From: Eledone cirrhosa
Taxonomy: Eukaryota
Length of the DNA stretch: 64,000 nt
NCBI GenBank assembly: GCA_964016885.1
Contig: OZ024741.1
Coordinates: 256,494,001 to 256,558,000 of the forward strand
Reading direction: 5' to 3'
This document shows, piece by piece, positions 48,850 to 61,660 of this stretch. A program made the translations under genes and the position numbers. Numbering within the stretch: the first letter of the stretch is position 1; each line of letters starts with the position of its first letter. A model generated the notes under the pieces. The model saw nothing but the letters and a program-made list of their open reading frames with translations. It did not search any database and was not told the origin of the DNA.

Positions 48850-51800
48850 TCAGTGCCAGTGTTGTTGTAGTTGTTGCTGTTTTCTGTGTCAGTGCCAGTG
48901 TTTTTGTTGTTGCTGTTTTCTCTGTCAGTGCCAGTGTTGTTGTAGTTGTTGCTGTTTTCTCTGTCAGTGCCAGTGTTGTTGTAATTGTTGCTGTTTTCTG
49001 TGTCAGTGCCAGTGTTGTTGCTGTTGTTGCTGTTTTCTGTGTCAGTGCCAGTGTTGTTGTTGTTGCTGTTTTCTGTGTCAGTGCCAGTGTTGTTGTTGCT
49101 ATTTTCACTGTCAGTGCCAGTGTTGTTGTAGTTGTTGCTGTTTTCTGTGTCAGTGCCAGTGTTGTTGTTGTTGCTGTTTTCTCTGTCAGTGCCAGTGTTG
49201 TTGTAGCTGTTGCTGTTTTCTGTGTCAGTGCCAGTGTTGTTGTAGTTGTTGCTGTTTACTGTGTCAGTGCCAGTGTTGTTGTAGTTGTTGCTGTTTTCTC
49301 TGTCAGTGCCAGTGTTGTTGTAGTTGTTGCTGTTTTCTCTCTCAGTGCCAGTGTTGTTGTAGTTGTTGCTGTTTTCTCTGTCAGTGCCAGTGTTGTTGTT
49401 GTTGCTGTTTTCTCTGTCAGTGCCAGTGTTGTTGTAGTTGTTGCTGTTTTCTCTGTCAGTGCCAGTGTTGTTGCTGTTGTTGCTGTTTTTTGTGTCAGTG
49501 CCAGTGTTGTTGTAGTTGTTGCTGTTTTCTCTGTCAGTGCCAGTGTTGTTGTTGTTGTTGCTGTTTTCTCTGTCAGTGCCAGTGTTGTAGTTGTTGCTGT
49601 TTTCTCTGTCAGTGCCAGTGTTGTTGTAGTTGTTGCTGTTTTCTGTGTCAGTGCCAGTGTTGTTGTTGTTGCTGTTTTCTGTGTCAGTGCCAGTGTTGTT
49701 GTTGTTGCTATTTTCACTGTCAGTGCCAGTGTTGTTGCTGTTGCTGTTTTCTCTGTCAGTGCCAGTGATGTTGTAGTTGTTGCTGTTTTCTGTGTTAGTG
49801 CCAGTGTTGTTGTAGTTGTTGCTGTTTTCTGTGTCAGTGCCAGTGTTGTTGCTGTTGCTGTTTTCTCTGTCATTGCCAGTGTTGTTGTTGTTGTTGCTGC
49901 TTTCTCTGTCAGTGCCATTGTTGTTGTAGTTGTTGCTGTTTTCTGTGTCAGTGCCAGTGTTGTTGTTGTTGCTGTTTTCTCTGTCAGTGCCAGTGTTGTT
50001 GTAGTTGTTGCTGTTTTCTGTGTCAGTGCCACTGCTGTTGTTGCTGTTTTCTGTGTCAGTGCCAGTGTTGTTGTTGCTGTTTTCTGTGTCAGTGCCAGTG
50101 TTGTTGTTGTTGCTGTTTTCTCTGTCAGTGCCAGTGTTGTTGCTGTTGCTATTTTCACCGTCAGTGCCAGTGTTGTTGTTGTTGCTGTTTTCTGTGTCAG
50201 TGCCAGTGTTGTTGTTGTTGCTGTTTTCTTTGTCAGTGCCAGCGTTGTTGTTGTTACTGTTGCTGTTTTCTGTGTCAGTTCCAGTGTTGCTGTTGCTGTT
50301 TTCTGTGCCAGTGCCAGTGTTATTGTTGCTGTTGTTGCTGTTTTCTGTGTCAGTGCCACGGTTGTTGTTGCTGTTGTTGCTGTTTTCTGTGTCAGTGCCA
50401 GTGTTGTTGTTGCTGTTTTCTGTGTCAGTGCCAGTGTTGTTGTTGCTGTTGTTGCTGTTTTCCGTGCCAGTGTTGTTGTAGTTGTTGCTGTTTTCTGTGT
50501 CAATGCCAGTGTTGTTGTTGTTGCTGTTTTCTCTGTCAGTGCCACTGTTGTAGTTGTTGCTGTTTTCTCTGTCAGTGCCAGTGTTGTTGTAGTTGTTGCT
50601 GTTTTCTGTGTCAGTGCCAATGTTGTTGCTGTTGTTGCTGTTTTCTGTGTCAGTGCCAGTGTTGTTGTTGTTGCTGTTTTCTCTGTCAGTGCCAGTGTTT
50701 TTGTTGTTGCTGTTTTCTGTGTCAGTGCCAGTGTTGTTCTAGTTGTTGCTGTTTTCTGTGTCAGTGCCAGTGTTGTTGTAGTTGTTGCTGTTTTCTCTGT
50801 CAGTGCCAGTGTTGTTGTAGTTGTTGCTGTTTTCTCTGTCAGTGCCAGTATTGTTGTAGTTGTTGCTGTTTTTGTGTCAGTGCCAGTGTTGTTGTTGTTG
50901 CTGTTTTCTCTGTCAGTGCCAGTGTTGTTGTAGTTATTGCTGTTTTCTGTGTCAGTGCCACTGTTGTTGTTGCTGTTTTCTGTGTCAGTGCCAGTATTGT
51001 TGTTGTTGCTGTTTTCTCTGTCAGTGCCAGTGTTGTTGTTGCTGTTGTTGCTGTTGCTGTTTTCTCTGTCAGTGCCAGTGTTGTTGTAGTTGTTGCTGTT
51101 TTCTCTGTCAGTGCCAGTGTTGTAGTTGTTGCTGTTTTCTGTGTCAGTGCCAGTGTTGTTGTTGTTGCTGTTTTCTCGGTCAGTGCCAGTGTTGTTGTAG
51201 TTGTTGCTGTTTTCTCTGTCAGTGCCAGTGTTGTTGTAGTTGTTGCTGTTTTCTGTGTCAGTGCCAGTGTTGTTGCTGTTTTCTGTGTCAGTGCCAGTGT
51301 TGTTGTAGTTGTTGCTGTTTTCTTTGTCAGTGGCAGTGTTGTTGTTGTTGCTGTTTTCTCTGTCAGTGCCAGTGTTGTAGTTGTTGCTGTTTTCTCTGTC
51401 AGTGCCAGTGTTGTTGTTGTTGTTGCTGTTTTCTCTGTCAGTGCCAGTGTTGTTGTTGTTGTTATTTTCACTGTCAGTGCCAGTGTTGTTGTTGTTGCTA
51501 TTTTCACTGTCAGTGCCAGTGTTGTTGTTGTTACTGTTGCTGTTTTCTGTGTCAGTGCCAGTGTTGTTGTTGTTACTGTTGCTGTTTCCTGTGCCACTGC
51601 CAGTGTTATTGTTGCTGTTGTTGCTGTTTTGTCTGTCAGTGCCAGTGTTGTAGTTGTTGCTGTTTTCTGTGTCAGTGCCAGTGTTGTTGTAGTTGTTGCT
51701 GTTTTCTGTGTCAGTGCCAGTGTTGTTGTTGTTCCTGTTTTCTGTGTCAGTGCCAGTGTTGTTGTTGTTGCTATTTTCACTGTCAGTGCCAGTGTTGTTG

Positions 51801-53810
51801 CTGTTGCTGTTTTCTCTGTCAGTGCCAGTGATGTTGTAGTTGTTGCTGTTTTCTGTGTTAGTGCCAGTGTTGTTGTAGTTGTTGCTGTTTTCTGTGTCAG
51901 TGCCAGTGTTGTTGTTGTTGCTGTTTTCTCTGTCAGTGCCAGTGTTGTTGTAGTTGTTGCTGTTTTCTCTGTCAGTGCCAGTGTTGTTGTAGTTGTTGCT
52001 GTTTTTTGTGTCAGTGCCAGTGTTGTTGTAGTTGCTGTTTTCTGTGTCAGTGCCAGTGTTGTTGTTGTTGCTATTTTCACTGTCAGTGCCAGTGTTGTTG
52101 CTGTTGCTGTTTTCTCTGTCAGTGCCAGTGATGTTGTAGTTGTTGCTGTTTTCTGTGTTAGTGCCAGTGTTGTTGTAGTTGTTGCTGTTTTCTCTGTCAG
52201 TGCCAGTGTTGTTGTAGTTGTTGCTGTTTTCTGTGTCAGTGCCAGTGTTTTTGTTGTTGCTGTTTTCTCTGTCAGTGCCAGTGTTGTTGTAGTTGTTGCT
52301 GTTTTCTCTGTCAGTGCCAGTGTTGTTGTAATTGTTGCTGTTTTCTGTGTCAGTGCCAGTGTTGTTGCTGTTGTTGCTGTTTTCTGTGTCAGTGCCAGTG
52401 TTGTTGTTGTTGCTGTTTTTTGTGTCAGTGCCAGTGTTGTTGTTGCTATTTTCACTGTCAGTGCCAGTGTTGTTGTAGTTGTTGCTGTTTTCTGTGTCAG
52501 TGCCAGTGTTGTTGTTGTTGCTGTTTTCTCTGTCAGTGCCAGTGTTGTTGTAGCTGTTGCTGTTTTCTGTGTCAGTGCCAGTGTTGTTGTAGTTGTTGCT
52601 GTTTACTGTGTCAGTGCCAGTGTTGTTGTAGTTGTTGCTGTTTTCTCTGTCAGTGCCAGTGTTGTTGTAGTTGTTGCTGTTTTCTCTCTCAGTGCCAGTG
52701 TTGTTGTAGTTGTTGCTGTTTTCTCTGTCAGTGCCAGTGTTGTTGTTGTTGCTGTTTTCTCTGTCAGTGCCAGTGTTGTTGTAGTTGTTGCTGTTTTCTC
52801 TGTCAGTGCCAGTGTTGTTGCTGTTGTTGCTGTTTTTTGTGTCAGTGCCAGTGTTGTTGTAGTTGTTGCTGTTTTCTCTGTCAGTGCCAGTGTTGTTGTT
52901 GTTGTTGCTGTTTTCTCTGTCAGTGCCAGTGTTGTAGTTGTTGCTGTTTTCTCTGTCAGTGCCAGTGTTGTTGTAGTTGTTGCTGTTTTCTGTGTCAGTG
53001 CCAGTGTTGTTGTTGTTGCTGTTTTCTGTGTCAGTGCCAGTGTTGTTGTTGTTGCTATTTTCACTGTCAGTGCCAGTGTTGTTGCTGTTGCTGTTTTCTC
53101 TGTCAGTGCCAGTGATGTTGTAGTTGTTGCTGTTTTCTGTGTTAGTGCCAGTGTTGTTGTAGTTGTTGCTGTTTTCTGTGTCAGTGCCAGTGTTGTTGCT
53201 GTTGCTGTTTTCTCTGTCATTGCCAGTGTTGTTGTTGTTGTTGCTGCTTTCTCTGTCAGTGCCATTGTTGTTGTAGTTGTTGCTGTTTTCTGTGTCAGTG
53301 CCAGTGTTGTTGTTGTTGCTGTTTTCTCTGTCAGTGCCAGTGTTGTTGTAGTTGTTGCTGTTTTCTGTGTCAGTGCCACTGCTGTTGTTGCTGTTTTCTG
53401 TGTCAGTGCCAGTGTTGTTGTTGCTGTTTTCTGTGTCAGTGCCAGTGTTGTTGTTGTTGCTGTTTTCTCTGTCAGTGCCAGTGTTGTTGCTGTTGCTATT
53501 TTCACCGTCAGTGCCAGTGTTGTTGTTGTTGCTGTTTTCTGTGTCAGTGCCAGTGTTGTTGTTGTTGCTGTTTTCTTTGTCAGTGCCAGCGTTGTTGTTG
53601 TTACTGTTGCTGTTTTCTGTGTCAGTTCCAGTGTTGCTGTTGCTGTTTTCTGTGCCAGTGCCAGTGTTATTGTTGCTGTTGTTGCTGTTTTCTGTGTCAG
53701 TGCCACGGTTGTTGTTGCTGTTGTTGCTGTTTTCTGTGTCAGTGCCAGTGTTGTTGTTGCTGTTTTCTGTGTCAGTGCCAGTGTTGTTGTTGCTGTTGTT
53801 GCTGTTTTCT
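48850..53810. repeat. Duplication at offset 3347 (~48.9-50.5 kb repeated at ~52.2-53.8 kb)
   Basis: ORF pairs 49256/52603 and 50005/53352. Private variants ttcaccg (50154/53501), tctctcagt and gccactgct occur in both copies. Confidence 0.85.
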
Positions 53811-56129
53811 CGGTCAGTGCCAGTGTTGTTGTAGTTGTTGCTGTTTTCTCTGTCAGTGCCAGTGTTGTTGTAGTTGTTGCTGTTTTCTGTGTCAGTGCCA
53901 GTGTTGTTGCTGTTTTCTCTGTCAGTGCCAGTGTTGTTGTAGTTGTTGCTGTTTTCTGTGTCAGTGCCAGTGTTGTTGTAGTTGTTGCCGTTTTCTCTGT
54001 CAGTGCCAGTGTTGTTGTAGTTGTTGCTCTTTTCTGTGTCAGTGCCAGTGTTGTTGTAGTTGTTGCTGTTTTCTGTGTCAATGCCAGTGTTGTTGTTGTT
54101 GCTGTTTTCTCTGTCAGTGCCAGTGTTGTAGTTGTTGCTGTTTTCTCTGTCAGTGCCAGTGTTGTTGTAGTTGTTGCTCTTTTCTGTGTCAGTGCCAGTG
54201 TTGTTGCTGTTGTTGCTATTTTCTGTGTCAGTGCCAGTGTTGTTGTTGTTGCTGTTTTCTCTGTCAGTGCCAGTGTTTTTGTTGTTGCTGTTTTCTGTGT
54301 CAGTGCCAGTGTTGTTCTAGTTGTTGCTGTTTTCTGTGTCAGTGCCAGTGTTGTTGTAGTTGTTGATGTTTTCTCTGTCAGTGCCTGTGTTGTTGTAGTT
54401 GTTGCTGTTTTCTCTGTCAGTGCCAGTGTTGTTGTAGTTGTTGCTGTTTTCTGTGTCAGTGCCAGTGTTGTTGTTGTTGCTGTTTTCTCTGTCAGTGCCA
54501 GTGTTGTTGTAGTTATTGCTGTTGTCTGTGTCAGTGCCACTGTTGTTGTTGCTGTTTTCTGTTTCAGTGCCAGTGTTGTTGTTGTTGCTGTTTTCTCTGT
54601 CAGTGCCAGTGTTGTTGTTGCTGTTTTCTCTGTCAGTGCCAGTGTTGTTGTTGCTGTTTTCTGTGTCAGTGCCATTGTTATTGCTGTTGTTGCTGTTTTC
54701 TCTGTCAGTGCCAGTGTTGTTGTTGCTGTTGTTGCTGTTGCTGTTTTCTCTGTCAGTGCCAGTGTTGTTGTAGTTGTTGCTGTTTTCTCTGTCAGTGCCA
54801 GTGTTGTTGTAGTTGTTGCTGTTTTCTCTGTCAGTGCCAGTGTTGTTGTAGTTGTTGCTGTTTTCTGTGTCAGTGCCAGTGTTGTTGTTGTTGCTGTTTT
54901 CTCTGTCAGTGCCAGTGTTGTTGTAGTTGTTGCTGTTTTCTGTGTCAGTGCCAGTGTTGTTGTAGTTGTTGCCGTTTTCTCTGTCAGTGCCAGTGTTGTT
55001 GTAGTTGTTGCTGTTTTCTGTGTCAGTGCCAGTGTTGTTGTTGCTGTTTTCTCTGTCAGTGCCAGTGTTGTTGTAGTTGTTGCTGTTTTCTCTGTCAGTG
55101 CCAGTTTTGTTGTAGTTTTTGCTGTTTTCTGTGTCAGTGCCAGTGTTGTTGTAGTTGTTGCTGTTTTCTTTGTCAGTGGCAGTGTTGTTGTTGTTGCTGT
55201 TTTCTCTGTCAGTGCCAGTGTTGTAGTTGTTGCTGTTTTCTCTGTCAGTGCCAGTGTTGTTGTTGTTGTTGTTGCTGTTTTCTCTGTCAGTGCCAGTGTT
55301 GTTGTTGTTGCTATTTTCACTGTCAGTGCCAGTGTTGTTGTTGTTGCTATTTTCACTGTCAGTGCCAGTGTTGTTGTTGTTACTGTTGCTGTTTTCTGTG
55401 TCAGTGCCAGTGTTGTTGTTGTTACTGTTGCTGTTTCCTGTGCCACTGCCAGTGTTATTGTTGCTGTTGTTGCTGTTTTGTCTGTCAGTGCCAGTGTTGT
55501 AGTTGTTGCTGTTTTCTGTGTCAGTGCCAGTGTTGTTGTAGTTGTTGCTGTTTTCTGTGTCAGTGCCAGTGTTGTTGTTGTTCCTGTTTTCTGTGTCAGT
55601 GCCAGTGTTGTTGTTGTTGCTGTTTTCTCTGTCAGTGCCAGTGTTGTTGTTGTTGCTATTTTCACTGTCAGTGCCAGTGTTGTTGCTGTTGCTGTTTTCT
55701 CTGTCAGTGCCAGTGATGTTGTAGTTGTTGCTGTTTTCTGTGTTAGTGCCAGTGTTGTTGTAGTTGTTGCTGTTTTCTGTGTCAGTGCCAGTGTTGTTGT
55801 TGTTGCTGTTTTCTCTGTCAGTGTCAGTGTTGTTGTAGTTGTTGCTGTTTTCTCTGTCAGTGCCAGTGTTGTTGCAGTTGTTGCTGTTTTTTGTGTCAGT
55901 GCCAGTGTTGTTGTAGTTGTTGCTGTTTTCTCTGTCAATGCCAGTGTTGTTGTTGTTGTTGCTGTTTTCTCTGTCAGTGCCAGTGTTGTAGTTGTTGCTG
56001 TTTTCTCTGTCAGTGCCAGTGTTGTTGTAGTTGTTGCTGTTTTCTGTGTCAGTGCCAGTGTTGTTGTTGTTGCTGTTTTCTGTGTCAGTGCCAGTGTTGT
56101 TGTTGTTGCTATTTTCACTGTCAGTGCCA

Positions 56130-59100
56130 GTGTTGTTGTTGTTGCTGTTTTCTGTGTCAGTGCCAGTGTTGTTGTAGTTGTTGCTGTTTTCTGTGTCAGT
56201 GCCAGTGTTGTTGTAGTTGTTGCTGTTTTCTGTGTCAGTGCCAGTGTTGTTGTAGTTGTTGCTGTTTTCTCTGTCAGTGCCAGTATTGTTGTAGTTGTTG
56301 CTGTTTTCTCTGTTAGTGCCAGTGTTGTTGTAGTTGTTGCTGTTTTCTGTGTCAATGCCAGAGTTGTTGTTGTTGCTGTTTTCTCTGTCAGTGCCAGTGT
56401 TGTAGTTGTTGCTGTTTTCTCTGTCAGTGCCAGTGTTGTTGTAGTTGTTGCTCTTTTCTGTGTCAGTGCCAGTGTTGTTGCTGTTGTTGCTATTTTCTGT
56501 GTCAGTGCCAGTGTTGTTGTTGTTGCTGTTTTCTCTGTCAGTGCCAGTGTTTTTGTTGTTGCTGTTTTCTGTGTCAGTGCCAGTGTTGTTCTAGTTGTTG
56601 CTGTTTTCTGTGTCAGTGCCAGTGTTGTTGTAGTTGTTGATGTTTTCTCTGTCAGTGCCTGTGTTGTTGTAGTTGTTGCTGTTTTCTCTGTCAGTGCCAG
56701 TGTTGTTGTAGTTGTTGCTGTTTTCTGTGTCAGTGCCAGTGTTGTTGTTGTTGCTGTTTTCTCTGTCAGTGCCAGTGTTGTTGTAGTTATTGCTGTTGTC
56801 TGTGTCAGTGCCACTGTTGTTGTTGCTGTTTTCTGTGTCAGTGCCAGTGTTGTTGTTGTTGCTCTTTTCTCTGTCAGTGCCAATGTTGTTGTTGCTGTTT
56901 TCTCTGTCAGTGCCAGTGTTGTTGTTGCTGTTTTCTGTGTCACTGCCATTGTTATTGCTGTTGTTGCTGTTTTCTCTGTCAGTGCCAGTGTTGTTGTTGC
57001 TGTTGTTGCTGTTGCTGTTTTCTCTGTCAGTGCCAGTGTTGTTGTAGTTGTTGCTGTTTTCTCTGTCAGTGCCAGTGTTGTAGTTGTTGCTGTTTTCTGT
57101 GTCAGTGCCAGCGTTGTTGTTGTTGCTGTTTTCTCTGTCAGTGCCAGTGTTGTTGTAGTTGTTGCTGTTTTCTCTGTCAGTGCCAGTGTTGTTGTAGTTG
57201 TTGCTGTTTTCTGTGTCAGTGCCAGTGTTGTTGTTGTTGCTGTTTTCTCTGTCAGTGCCAGTGTTGTTGTAGTTGTTGCTGTTTTCTGTGTCAGTGCCAG
57301 TGTTGTTGTAGTTGTTGTCGTTTTCTCTGTCAGTGCCAGTGTTGTTGTAGTTGTTGCTGTTTTCTGTGTCAGTGCCAGTGTTGTTGTTGCTGTTTTCTCT
57401 GTCAGTGCCAGTGTTGTTGTAGTTGTTGCTGTTTTCTCTGTCAGTGCCAGTTTTGTTGTAGTTTTTGCTGTTTTCTGTGTCAGTGCCAGTGTTGTTGTAG
57501 TTGTTGCTGTTTTCTTTGTCAGTGGCAGTGTTGTTGTTGTTGCTGTTTTCTCTGTCAGTGCCAGTGTTGTAGTTGTTGCTGTTTTCTCTGTCAGTGCCAG
57601 TGTTGTTGTTGTTGTTGCTGTTTTCTCTGTCAGTGCCAGTGTTGTTGTTGTTGCTATTTTCACTGTCAGTGCCAGTGTTGTTGTTGTTGCTATTTTCACT
57701 GTCAGTGCCAGTGTTGTTGTTGTTACTGTTGCTGTTTTCTGTGTCAGTGCCAGTGTTGTTGTTGTTACTGTTGCTGTTTCCTGTGCCACTGCCAGTGTTA
57801 TTGTTGCTGTTGTTGCTGTTTTGTCTGTCAGTGCCAGTGTTGTAGTTGTTGCTGTTTTCTGTGTCAGTGCCAGTGTTGTTGTAGTTGTTGCTGTTTTCTG
57901 TGTCAGTGCCAGTGTTGTTGTTGTTCCTGTTTTCTGTGTCAGTGCCAGTGTTGTTGTTGTTGTTGTTTTCTCTGTCAGTGCCAGTGTTGTTGTTGTTGCT
58001 ATTTTCACTGTCAGTGCCAGTGTTGTTGCTGTTGCTGTTTTCTCTGTCAGTGCCAGTGATGTTGTAGTTGTTGCTGTTTTCTGTGTTAGTGCCAGTGTTG
58101 TTGTAGTTGTTGCTGTTTTCTATGTCAGTGCCAGTGTTGTTGTTGTTGCTGTTTTCTCTGTCAGTGCCAGTGTTGTTGTAGTTGTTGCTGTTTTCTCTGT
58201 CAGTGCCAGTGTTGTTGTAGTTGTTGCTGTTTTTTGTGTCAGTGCCAGTGTTGTTGTAGTTGTTGCTGTTTTCTCTGTCAATGCCAGTGTTGTTGTTGTT
58301 GTTGCTGTTTTCTCTGTCAGTGCCAGTGTTGTAGTTGTTGCTGTTTTCTCTGTCAGTGCCAGTGTTGTTGTAGTTGTTGCTGTTTTCTGTGTCAGTGCCA
58401 GTGTTGTTGTTGTTGCTGTTTTCTGTGTCAGTGCCAGTGTTGTTGTTGTTGCTATTTTCACTGTCAGTGCCAGTGTTGTTGCTGTTACTGTTTTCTCTGT
58501 CAGTGCCAGTGATGTTGTAGTTGTTGCTGTTTTCTGTGTTAGTGCCAGTGTTGTTGTAGTTGTTGCTGTTTTCTGTGTCAGTGCCAGTGTTGTTGCTGTT
58601 GCTGTTTTCTCTGTCAGTGCCAGTGTTGTAGTTGTTGCTGCCTTCTCTGTCAGTGCCAGTGTTGTTGTAGTTGTTGCTGTTTTCTGTGTCAGTGCCAGTG
58701 TTGTTGTAGTTGTTGCTGTTTTCTCTGTCAGTGCCAGTGTTGTTGTTGTTGTTGCTGTTTTCTCTGTCAGTGCCAGTGTTGTAGTTGTTGCTGTTTTCTC
58801 TGTCAGTGCCAGTGTTGTTGTAGTTGTTGCTGTTTTCTGTGTCAGTGCCACTGTTGTTGTTGCTGTTTTCTGTGTCTGTGCCAGTGTTGTTGTTGTTGCT
58901 GTTTTCTCTGTCAGTGCCAGTGTTGTTGTTGTTGCTGTTTTCTGTGTCAGTGCCAGTGTTGTTGTAGTTGTTGCTGTTTTCTGTGTCAGTGCCAGTGTTG
59001 TTGTAGTTGTTGCTGTTTTCTCTGTCAGTGCCAGTGTTGTTGTAGTTGTTGCTGTTTTCTCTGTCAGTGCCAGTGTTGTTGTAGTTGTTGCTGTTTTCTG

Positions 59101-61660
59101 TGTCAGTGCCAGTGTTTTTGTTGTTGCTGTTTTCTCTGTCAGTGCCAGTGTTGTTGTAGTTGTTGCTGTTTTCTCTGTCAGTGCCAGTGTTGTTGTAATT
59201 GTTGCTGTTTTCTGTGTCAGTGCCAGTGTTGTTGCTGTTGTTGCTGTTTTCTGTGTCAGTGCCAGTGTTGTTCTGGTTGCTGTTTTCTGTGTCAGTGCCA
59301 GTGTTGTTTTTGCTATTTTCACTGTCAGTGCCAGTGTTGTTGTAGTTGTTGCTGTTTTCTGTGTCAGTGCCAGTGTTGTTGTTGTTGTTGCTGTGTTCTC
59401 TGTCAGTGCCAGTGTTGTTGTAGCTGTTGCTGTTTTCTGTGTCAGTGCCAGTGTTGTTGTAGTTGTTGCTGTTTACTGTGTCAGTGCCAGTGTTGTTGTA
59501 GTTGTTGCTGTTTTCTCTGTCAGTGCCAGTGTTGTTGTAGTTGTTGCTGTTTTCTCTGTCAGTGCCAGTGTTGTTGTAGTTGTTGCTGTTTTCTGTGTCA
59601 GTGCCAGTGTTGTTGTTGTTGCTGTTTTCTCTGTCAGTGCCAGTGTTGTTGTAGTTGTTGCTGTTTTCTCTGTCAGTGCCAGTGTTGTTGTAGTTGTTGC
59701 TGTTTTTTGTGTCAGTGCCAGTGTTGTTGTAGTTGTTGCTGTTTTCTCTGTCAGTGCCAGTGTTGTAGTTGTTGCTGTTTTCTCTGTCAGTGCCAGTGTT
59801 GTTGTAGTTGTTGCTGTTTTCTGTGTCAGTGCCAGTGTTGTTGTTGTTGCTGTTTTCTGTGTCAGTGCCAGTGTTGTTGTTGTTGCTATTTTCACTGTCA
59901 GTGCCAGTGTTGTTGCTGTTGCTGTTTTCTCTGTCAGTGCCAGTGATGTTGTAGTTGTTGCTGTTTTCTGTGTTAGTGCCAGTGTTGTTGTAGTTGTTGC
60001 TGTTTTCTGTGTCAGTGCCAGTGTTGTTGCTGTTGCTGTTTTCTCTGTCAGTGCCAGTGTTGTTGTAGTTGTTGCTGCTTTCTCTGTCAGTGCCAGTGTT
60101 GTTGTAGTTGTTGCTGTTTTCTGTGTCAGTGCCAGTGTTGTTGTAGTTTTTGCTGTTTTCTGTGTCAGTGCCAGTGTTGTTGTTGCTGTTTTCTGTGTCA
60201 GTGCCAGTGTTGTTGTTGTTGCTGTTTTCTCTGTCAGTGCCAGTGTTGTTGCTGTTGTTATTTTCACTGTCAGTGCCAGTGTTGTTGTAGTTGTTGCTGT
60301 TTTCTGTGTCAGTGCCAGTGTTGTTGTTGCTGTTTTCTATGTCAGTGCCAGTGTTGTTGTAGTTGTAGTTGTTGCTGTTTTCTCTGTCAGTGCCAGTGTT
60401 GTTGTAGTTGTTGCTGTTTTTTGTGTCAGTGCCAGTGTTGTTGTAGTTGTTGCTGTTTTCTCTGTCAGTGCCAGTGTTGTTGTTGTTGTTCCTGTTTTCT
60501 CTGTCAGTGCCAGTGTTGTAGTTGTTGCTGTTTTCTCTGTCAGTGCCAGTGTTGTTGTAGTTGTTGCTGTTTTCTGTGTCAGTGCCAGTGTTGTTGTTGT
60601 TGCTGTTTTCTGTGTCAGTGCCAGTGTTGTTGTTGTTGCTATTTTCACTGTCAGTGCCAGTGTTGTTGCTGTTGCTGTTTTCTCTGTCAGTGCCAGTGAT
60701 GTTGTAGTTGTTGCTGTTTTCTGTGTCAGTGCCAGTGTTGTTGCTGTTGCTGTTTTCTCTGTCAGTGCCAGTGTTGTTGTAGTTGTTGCTGCTTTCTCTG
60801 TCAGTGCCAGTGTTGTTGTAGTTGTTTCTGTTTTCTGTGTCAGTGCCAGTGTTGTTGTTGTTGCTGTTTTCTCTGTCAGTGCTAGTGTTGTTGTAGTTGT
60901 TGCTGTTTTCTGTGTCAGTGCCACTGTTGTTGTTGCTGTTTTCTGTGTCTGTGCCAGTGTTGTTGTTGTTGCTGTTTTCTCTGCCAGTGCCAGTGTTGTT
61001 GTTGCTGTTTTCTCTGTCAGTGCCAGTGTTGTTGTTGTTGCTGTTTTCTGTGTCAGTGCCAGTGTTGTTGTAGTTGTTGCTGTTTTCTGTGTCAGTGCCA
61101 GTGTTGTTGTAGTTGTTGCTGTTTTCTCTGTCAGTGCCAGTGTTGTTGTAGTTGTTGCTGTTTTCTCTGTCAGTGCCAGTGTTGTTGTAGTTGTTGCTGT
61201 TTTCTGTGTCAGTGCCAGTGTTTTTGTTGTTGCTGTTTTCTCTGTCAGTGCCAGTGTTGTTGTAGTTGTTGCTGTTTTCTCTGTCAGTGCCAGTGTTGTT
61301 GTAGTTGTTGCTGTTTTCTCTGTCAGTGCCAGTGTTGTTGTAGTTGTTGCTGTTTTTTGTGTCAGTGCCAGTGTTGTTGTAGTTGTTGCTGTTTTCTCTG
61401 TCAGTGCCAGTGTTGTTGTTGTTGTTGCTGTTTTCTCTGTCAGTGCCAGTGTTGTAGTTGTTGCTGTTTTCTCTGTCAGTGCCAGTGTTGTTGTAGTTGT
61501 TGCTGTTTTCTGTGTCAGTGCCAGTGTTGTTGTTGTTGCTGTTTTCTGTGTCAGTGCCAGTGTTGTTGTTGTTGCTATTTTCACTGTCAGTGCCAGTGTT
61601 GTTGCTGTTGCTGTTTTCTCTGTCAGTGCCAGTGATGTTGTAGTTGTTGCTGTTTTCTGT
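56130..61660. repeat. ~5.5-kb near-identical copy of ~40.5-46.1 kb (offset 15597)
   Basis: ORF pairs 41193/56790, 41976/57573, 42288/57885, 42523/58120, 42637/58234, 43876/59473, 44110/59707, 44824/60421 and 45760/61357 all differ by 15597. Confidence 0.88.

Noticed and set aside
40994-49108. 2704-aa ORF switching from Thr-rich to Asn-rich sequence (apparent two-domain protein)
   Set aside because: The switch is caused by a single 2-bp deletion at ~46321 in the same satellite.
2889-50933. Very long Val-rich + strand ORFs (up to 2249 aa) as membrane proteins
   Set aside because: The consensus codons can barely mutate to a stop in one step, the ORFs end only after frameshifts, and the product would be implausibly hydrophobic with no unique sequence.
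4615-61635. Cys-rich ORFs (CQCQCCC...) as metallothionein or keratin-associated proteins, and Leu-rich ORFs as signal-peptide proteins
   Set aside because: They are alternative frames of the (GTT)n satellite.
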